64,000 bases of DNA, from the NCBI GenBank assembly GCA_048262655.1, contig JBLXEY010000009.1, positions 37,095 to 101,094 of the forward strand. Reading direction: 5' to 3'. Positions 58,457 through 64,000 of this stretch are shown here, in pieces (the stretch's first letter is position 1; every line of letters starts with the position of its first letter). This DNA is from Rhodospirillales bacterium. Lineage in GTDB: Bacteria > Pseudomonadota > Alphaproteobacteria > Rhodospirillales > Casp-alpha2. Made by a program: the position numbers and the translations under genes. Under the pieces are notes generated by a model. It saw only the letters and a list, made by a program, of their open reading frames with translations. It was not told where the DNA came from and ran no database searches.

Positions 58457-58915
58457 ATGGCATTATTTGGTCGAAAGAAAAAAGCGCGTGGCCCATTGCC
58501 GGCTCCGCTGGATCCAAAATGGAAACATGGTGGTGAGGGCCGCTTCCCGCGCTTTCTCGACCTTGACCCGGAAGCGGCGGGCCTGTCAAAAGCCTCTGGC
58601 ATTTTTGTGATCTGGCACACGGGCGCGCAACCGGGCTGGGTTTATGTGGGTGCAAGCAAAGACTTGGCCGCCGATTTTTTTAGACTGGGGGATGATGAAG
58701 ACATTCTGCAATACAGAGATCGTGGATCGCTTTATTGTTCCTGGACCTTTATCCGTGAAGAATTTCAACCGGGTGTCCAATGTTACTTAACAATGGCCCT
58801 GAAGCCAAAAGTTGAAAACCCGAACTGCCCGGATGAAGAAGACGTTGAACTTGTGCCCGTGTTGCCGCCAGGCATGACGCTGGAACAATTGGAAGCGATG
58901 TTTGCTGACCAATAA
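58457..58915 (+). CDS. hypothetical protein
   Basis: 152-codon ORF between divergent and convergent neighbours. 'GIFVIWH...WVYVGAS.DL' is only weakly reminiscent of GIY-YIG. Confidence 0.5.
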   Translation: MALFGRKKKARGPLPAPLDPKWKHGGEGRFPRFLDLDPEAAGLSKASGIFVIWHTGAQPGWVYVGASKDLAADFFRLGDDEDILQYRDRGSLYCSWTFIREEFQPGVQCYLTMALKPKVENPNCPDEEDVELVPVLPPGMTLEQLEAMFADQ

Positions 58916-59007
58916 TAGAGCATCCCGACGGTAATGCTGTTTAGCCCCATGCAATGACCAGAAAGTCCTGGTTGTATGCAATCCCTTCGGTTTCCAGCAC
59001 GAGCGCG

Positions 59008-61005
59008 CTAGGGACAGCATTTTTGCTCAAGCTGCTCCACCATTTCCACCATAATCGCGTTCAAGTCATAATCTTTGGGCGTAAAAACCCCAGCGACACC
59101 GGCGTCTTTGAGCGACCGGGCATCAGCTTCAGGAATAATGCCGCCAACGAAAACCATAATATCATCCAATTCCAGTTTTTTAAGCAGCCCCATGATATCG
59201 CCAACCAAAGAAACGTGAGAACCGGAGAGCACACTCAGCCCCAGGATATGAACGTCTTCTTCCAAGGCGGCTGAGACAATTTCTTCTGGCGTTAGTCGGA
59301 TGCCCTCATAAACCACTTCCATGCCAAGGTCTCTTGCCCGCACCGCGATCTGTTCAGCTCCGTTCGAATGACCGTCCAAGCCCGGCTTACCAACCAACAT
59401 TTTTATGGGTCGACCCAATTTTTCAGCAACCGCAGCAACCTGTTCGCGAGCTGGCGCGACATCTGATTGAGCCTGAACGACGGCCCCACCAACACCTGTC
59501 GGCGCACGATACTCACCATAAACATCGCGTAAGACCGATGCCCATTCGCCTGTTGTAACGCCTGCATGTGCGCACGTGATGGATGGCTCCATTATATTCC
59601 TGTCTTTACGGGCAGCATCCTTCAGGCCTTCTAATGCGTCCTTTACCGCAACGGAGTTTCGTTTTTCGCGCCAGAGTTTCAATCCGGCAATCTGATTTTC
59701 TTCGGCTTTCGGATCCAGATTCAGAATGGCATCGTCTCCCGCGACCAAAAGCGATGGTTCCGCTTCAATAAACCGGTTAACCCCGACAACCGTCTGCGCC
59801 CCCCTTTCAATATCGGCGATCCGGTTTGCATTGCTCTCGACCAGCTTTTGTTTCATATAGTCGACCGCCGCCACAGCACCTCCCATCTCCTCAATGATTT
59901 TCAGCTCGGCAAGAGCCTCCTTTTTCAAGGCCTCCGTTTTGGCCGCAACTTCAACAGATCCCGTAAACAAATCCCCATACTCCAAAAGATCCGTCTCAAA
60001 CGCGACAATCTGCTGCAATCTCAATGACCATTGCTGATCCCAAGGCCTGGGCAACCCCAACGCTTCATTCCAGGCGGGCAATTGCACGGCACGTGCGCGC
60101 GCACCTTTACACAAGGTAACGGCCAGCATCTCGAGGAGAATTCGATACACATTGTTTTCCGGTTGCTGTTCGGTAAGGCCCAGCGAGTTTACCTGTACGC
60201 CATAACGAAAACGGCGCAGCTTGGGGTCTGTAACACCGTATCGTTGACGCGTGAGGTCATCCCAAAGTTCGGTAAAGGCGCGCATCTTGCACATTTCGGT
60301 GATGAAGCGAATGCCAGCATTGACGAAAAAACTGACCCGCCCCACAACCCGGGCAAGATCAGCTTCCGGCACCTGCCCTGCATCGCGAACCTGATCCAGA
60401 ACCGCTTTCGCAATGGCCAGTGCATACGCCAGTTCCTGTACCGGCGTCGCGCCCGCTTCCTGCAAATGATAAGAACAAATATTGGTTGGGTTCCATTTCG
60501 GTACTTCTTTATAGGTAAAGGCAATTACATCAGCGGTTAACTTCAAACTGGGGCCCGGCGGGAAAATATATGTCCCGCGCGACAAATATTCTTTCAGGAC
60601 ATCATTCTGCGTCGTCCCCGACAGGTCCTTGCGGTCAGCTCCTTGCCGTTCCGCAGCCGCAATGTACAGCGCCAGCAACCAGGCAGCCGGCGCGTTTATT
60701 GTCATCGATGTATTCATCTCGGCCAATGGAATTTGATCGAACAGAGCTTCCATATCACCGAGATGGGATATCGGCACCCCTACCTTACCGACTTCACCAC
60801 GGGCAAGGACATGGTCCGAGTCATATCCGGTTTGAGTTGGCAGATCAAAAGCGACGGATAGACCGGTCTGGCCCTTGGCAAGATTACCGCGATACAACGC
60901 ATTCGACTCGGCCGCCGAGGAGTGTCCTGAATAGGTTCTAAACAACCAGGGTTTGTCACGTTGAGGCACTCCGTCAAATGCTGCATCTGCAAACTTTTCA
61001 TCCAT
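59008..61005 (-). CDS. ecm: ethylmalonyl-CoA mutase (MeaA-type B12-dependent acyl-CoA mutase, fused B12 domain)
   Basis: 665 aa. 'RTYSGHSSAAESNALYR', and a C-terminal DxHxxG 'GLDGHSNG' B12-binding domain. It is divergent from ccr. Confidence 0.86.
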   Translation of the reverse strand: MDEKFADAAFDGVPQRDKPWLFRTYSGHSSAAESNALYRGNLAKGQTGLSVAFDLPTQTGYDSDHVLARGEVGKVGVPISHLGDMEALFDQIPLAEMNTSMTINAPAAWLLALYIAAAERQGADRKDLSGTTQNDVLKEYLSRGTYIFPPGPSLKLTADVIAFTYKEVPKWNPTNICSYHLQEAGATPVQELAYALAIAKAVLDQVRDAGQVPEADLARVVGRVSFFVNAGIRFITEMCKMRAFTELWDDLTRQRYGVTDPKLRRFRYGVQVNSLGLTEQQPENNVYRILLEMLAVTLCKGARARAVQLPAWNEALGLPRPWDQQWSLRLQQIVAFETDLLEYGDLFTGSVEVAAKTEALKKEALAELKIIEEMGGAVAAVDYMKQKLVESNANRIADIERGAQTVVGVNRFIEAEPSLLVAGDDAILNLDPKAEENQIAGLKLWREKRNSVAVKDALEGLKDAARKDRNIMEPSITCAHAGVTTGEWASVLRDVYGEYRAPTGVGGAVVQAQSDVAPAREQVAAVAEKLGRPIKMLVGKPGLDGHSNGAEQIAVRARDLGMEVVYEGIRLTPEEIVSAALEEDVHILGLSVLSGSHVSLVGDIMGLLKKLELDDIMVFVGGIIPEADARSLKDAGVAGVFTPKDYDLNAIMVEMVEQLEQKCCP

Positions 61006-61183
61006 TGGTCACCTGCATAAATTCTAATTTTTTCGCCAACTTATTGATATCAAACAATACATAAAGTAATATTATTTCGTTTTAATGTTCATATACGAAA
61101 TTAACAAATTGTGCGTTGCAAATAAAGACATAAAGATTTAGTTCTGAAAATAGGCAAAACCAGCTTCCCCAAAGGAGGACACC

Positions 61184-62464
61184 ATGACCGACGCTGCTGA
61201 AGTCATCGATTTATATCCCGATCTGGAAAAGAAAGACCTTTACGAACTTGGCGAAATTCCGCCACTTGGGCACGTCCCAAAAAAGATGTACGCCTGGGCC
61301 ATCCGCCGTGAACGCCATGGTGAACCCGACACCGCAATGCAATGCGAAGTCGTCGACGTTCCCAAGCTCGACAGCCATGAAGTGCTGGTCATGGTGATGG
61401 CCGCCGGGGTTAATTACAACGGTGTTTGGGCCGCGCTCGGCCAACCAATCTCCGTCTTTGATGTCCACAAAGAACCCTACCATATCGCCGGGTCTGATGC
61501 CTCCGGCATCGTCTGGGCCGTGGGCTCAAAAGTAACCCGCGTTAAAGTTGGTGATGAAGTTGTTGTCCATTGCAATCAGGACGACGGGGACGATGAAGAA
61601 TGCAACGGAGGCGACCCGATGTTTTCAACATCTCAGCGTATCTGGGGTTATGAGACACCGGATGGCTCCTTTGCCCAATTCACCCGCGTTCAGGCTCAAC
61701 AATGCATGCCACGCCCCAAACATCTGACATGGGAAGAGAGTGCCTGTTACATTTTAACCATGGCAACGGCTTATCGAATGCTATTCGGCCATCGCCCACA
61801 CATTCTTCGGCCCGGCCATAACGTTTTGGTTTGGGGCGCATCGGGCGGGCTGGGATCGATGGCGATTCAGCTTATTGCGACGGCGGGTGCCAATGCCATT
61901 GGTATCATTTCTGATGAAAGTAAACGTGACTTTGTTATGGGACTGGGCGCCAAAGCCGTGCTTAATCGCAATGACTTTGATTGCTGGGGCCAATTGCCAG
62001 AAGTGAATGGCGAGGGCTTCAATGACTACATGAAAGAAACCCGCAAGTTTGGTAAAGCCATCTGGGAAATTACCGGCAAAGGCAACGACGTCGATTTTGT
62101 CTTCGAGCACCCGGGCGAAGCAACGTTTCCAGTCAGTTGTAACATCGTAAAGCGCGGCGGCATGGTCGTCTTTTGTGCAGGGACGACAGGGTTCAACCTC
62201 ACAATGGATGCCCGGTTTGTGTGGATGCGGCAAAAACGCATTCAAGGCAGCCATTTTGCAAACCTGAAACAATCCTCACAAGCCAATCAACTGGTCATCG
62301 AGCGCCGCATTGATCCGTGTATGTCAGAAGTGTTCTCCTGGGAGGACATCCCTCAATCTCACATGAAAATGATGGCAAACCAACACAAACCCGGCAACAT
62401 GGCGGTGCTGGTACAGGCCAAATACCCGGGCCGACGCACGATAGAAGATTGTATGGAGGAATAA
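61184..62464 (+). CDS. ccr: crotonyl-CoA carboxylase/reductase
   Basis: 426 aa MDR-family enzyme. N-terminal 'LYELGEIPPLGHVPKKMYAWAIRRERHGEP' is typical of Ccr. AAAGGAGG Shine-Dalgarno sequence. Confidence 0.92.
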   Translation: MTDAAEVIDLYPDLEKKDLYELGEIPPLGHVPKKMYAWAIRRERHGEPDTAMQCEVVDVPKLDSHEVLVMVMAAGVNYNGVWAALGQPISVFDVHKEPYHIAGSDASGIVWAVGSKVTRVKVGDEVVVHCNQDDGDDEECNGGDPMFSTSQRIWGYETPDGSFAQFTRVQAQQCMPRPKHLTWEESACYILTMATAYRMLFGHRPHILRPGHNVLVWGASGGLGSMAIQLIATAGANAIGIISDESKRDFVMGLGAKAVLNRNDFDCWGQLPEVNGEGFNDYMKETRKFGKAIWEITGKGNDVDFVFEHPGEATFPVSCNIVKRGGMVVFCAGTTGFNLTMDARFVWMRQKRIQGSHFANLKQSSQANQLVIERRIDPCMSEVFSWEDIPQSHMKMMANQHKPGNMAVLVQAKYPGRRTIEDCMEE

Positions 62465-62574
62465 TCCCCATCTCTGGTTCGGCAAACCCATTGAAAGAGT
62501 GCGGTCACTAACTCTACAGTGCCCATAGCTAACTCAGTGGAATTCGGCCGAACCAGACGGATTGGAGACCTCCT

Positions 62575-62811
62575 ATGGCAAGAAAAACCAGAGAAGATTT
62601 TGAGCGCGAACGTCAAGCACGGGCGCGTTCTGACTTGGTAAAAGCTGGCATTGCCACACGCGGACGTCATGCAGAGGCAGCAGCAGAGGCGGAAATCGAA
62701 CGCCTCCGGGCTTTATCGAACGCCCCCACAGAAGAGGCTCCCTCGCCGGCACCATTTCGGTTTTCTGGAACGTTCGTGATATTGGTCGGGATCTGCATAA
62801 TTGGTTTTTAG
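62575..62811 (+). CDS. small tail-anchored membrane protein (hypothetical)
   Basis: 78 aa. GGAG lies 7 nt before the ATG. It has a charged helical N-terminus and a C-terminal TM 'FSGTFVILVGICIIGF'. Confidence 0.45.
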   Translation: MARKTREDFERERQARARSDLVKAGIATRGRHAEAAAEAEIERLRALSNAPTEEAPSPAPFRFSGTFVILVGICIIGF

Positions 62812-62899
62812 CTTATCTTTTCCACGCCCTGACTGGAATTAGCGGTTGACGATTATTCGAATGATCAAATTTTACGACAAGAAATGAAGTTTTATAAAT

Positions 62900-64000
62900 A
62901 TGAACACATACATAGTTGACGATCTAATTCCTACCTGTGAAAGAGCACGGCACGCAGCAGAAGACCTATTGGCAAATGCCCGCCATGCGGTTTCTGATCT
63001 GGTCATCAAGGACGGCCGGCCCGACGCCGCTTTACTGGAAACGCATCAGTTTGCCGCCCACGGTTTTTCATGGATGACGACGTACGTCGAAGGACTTCGC
63101 CAGATGCTCGGCTGGGCGCAAAGGCTCGATGATGCAGGTGAGTTTGGTGACCTTGAGCAACTTTTATTGCAAGCGGCCTTTGGGGAATACCTCAAACAAT
63201 TGGCTGGCGGCATTCCCATTAGTCAGGTCGAAATCGTCCGTCCCGGAGATATGGGCGTATCGGACACCGCTTTGCATGCGTTTTACACACCGGAAACAAA
63301 TCTTCTCATGCGGGACGGTAACACAGATGCCGTTCGTATGCGCATCGCAGCGCTTATCGAAGATGGCAATTATGGTAAACTGGGCCTTGGTGATGAAACG
63401 CTCGATATGGTGCGCGATCAATTCTACCGCTTCACTGAAGATCAGGTAACACCCTTCGCTCACGAGTGGCACTTGAAAGATGAATTGATTCCAGATGGGG
63501 TCGTCGATCAGATGTGTGAGATGGGGGTCTTTGGTCTGACGGTGCCTGAAGAAGATGGTGGCCTCGGTATGGGCAAGTTGGCCATGTGTGTGGTCACCGA
63601 AGAACTGTCACGCGGCTACATTGGCGTCGGATCGCTTGGCACACGCTCGGAGATTGCTGCGGAACTTATCCGACTGGGCGGTACAGATGACCAAAAGAAA
63701 AAATATCTGCCGAAAATTGCATCTGGGGACATATTGCCAACTGCCGTTTTCACCGAACCCAATACCGGCTCCGATCTGGCCAGTCTAAAAACCCGTGCCG
63801 TGTTAACCGGTGATCGTTATATCGTAACCGGCAACAAAACATGGATCACCCATGCCTCCCGCACCGATATGATGACGTTGCTCGCGCGAACAGATGCGGA
63901 CGAGCCGGGCTACAAAGGACTTTCCATGCTGCTGGTCGAAAAGCCAAGGGGCACGACAGACAACCCGTTCCCCAAAGACGGCATGACGGGGGGCGAAATT
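62900..64000 (+). CDS. mcd: (2S)-methylsuccinyl-CoA dehydrogenase-like acyl-CoA dehydrogenase, N-terminal 367 codons (3' end outside window)
   Basis: Frame 2 is open from ATG 62900 to the window edge, so it is absent from the ORF track. An extension of about 190 aa precedes the ACAD core ('VFGLTVPEEDGGLG', 'FTEPNTGSDLASL', 'GNKTWITHA'). It is next to ccr and ecm. Confidence 0.8.
   Translation, partial: MNTYIVDDLIPTCERARHAAEDLLANARHAVSDLVIKDGRPDAALLETHQFAAHGFSWMTTYVEGLRQMLGWAQRLDDAGEFGDLEQLLLQAAFGEYLKQLAGGIPISQVEIVRPGDMGVSDTALHAFYTPETNLLMRDGNTDAVRMRIAALIEDGNYGKLGLGDETLDMVRDQFYRFTEDQVTPFAHEWHLKDELIPDGVVDQMCEMGVFGLTVPEEDGGLGMGKLAMCVVTEELSRGYIGVGSLGTRSEIAAELIRLGGTDDQKKKYLPKIASGDILPTAVFTEPNTGSDLASLKTRAVLTGDRYIVTGNKTWITHASRTDMMTLLARTDADEPGYKGLSMLLVEKPRGTTDNPFPKDGMTGGEI

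Overview
This 64-kb window looks like densely packed core chromosome of an alphaproteobacterium: about 66 CDS, roughly 90% coding. The gene content resembles Rhodospirillales, but I cannot name a genus from sequence alone.

Gene order:
- purC (partial)-purS-purQ-purL, then an orphan 422-aa gene, then bolA-grxD.
- An rpsD neighbourhood with an HNH protein, an esterase, gluQ and an SNase-like nuclease.
- An lrp-family regulator and a hybrid histidine kinase.
- A queuosine island: queA-tgt-queF-osmC, a VUT/YhhQ-type transporter, and queG.
- A PHB locus: phaR, a small PhaE-like ORF, a class-III-like phaC, phaA and phaB.
- An aromatic amino acid block: chorismate mutase, hisC, tyrC.
- Envelope genes, then nrdJ, then plsC-DUF218-ftsX-ftsE.
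- A ZitP-like zinc-ribbon/DUF3426 protein.
- argH, a small lipoprotein, lysA and a TIGR02302-like gene in one operon.
- tlpA, a hemerythrin, a NaChBac-type sodium channel, and pepP.
- A tightly coupled VOC / CoA-transferase / HMG-CoA-lyase-like / LysR operon.
- Ethylmalonyl-CoA pathway genes ecm, ccr and mcd (partial at the 3' edge).

I found no rRNA, tRNA, CRISPR array, transposase, integrase, phage genes or recognisable defence island.

I do not see a convincing new multi-gene system. The points most worth a second look are:
1. The catalytic PHA synthase ORF has no canonical start codon outside the upstream small ORF.
2. The LysR gene can only have an intact HTH if it starts at AUU, 12 nt after the in-frame TGA of the preceding gene.
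3. The substrate of the VOC/CaiB/HMGL/LysR module is unknown.
4. A lineage-specific orphan gene sits between purL and bolA-grxD.
5. Several operator-like repeats can be read directly: an Lrp box, a T-N11-A box, and TGCA-type repeats at both PHA promoters.

All family assignments come from reading motifs in the supplied translations. No database search was run.
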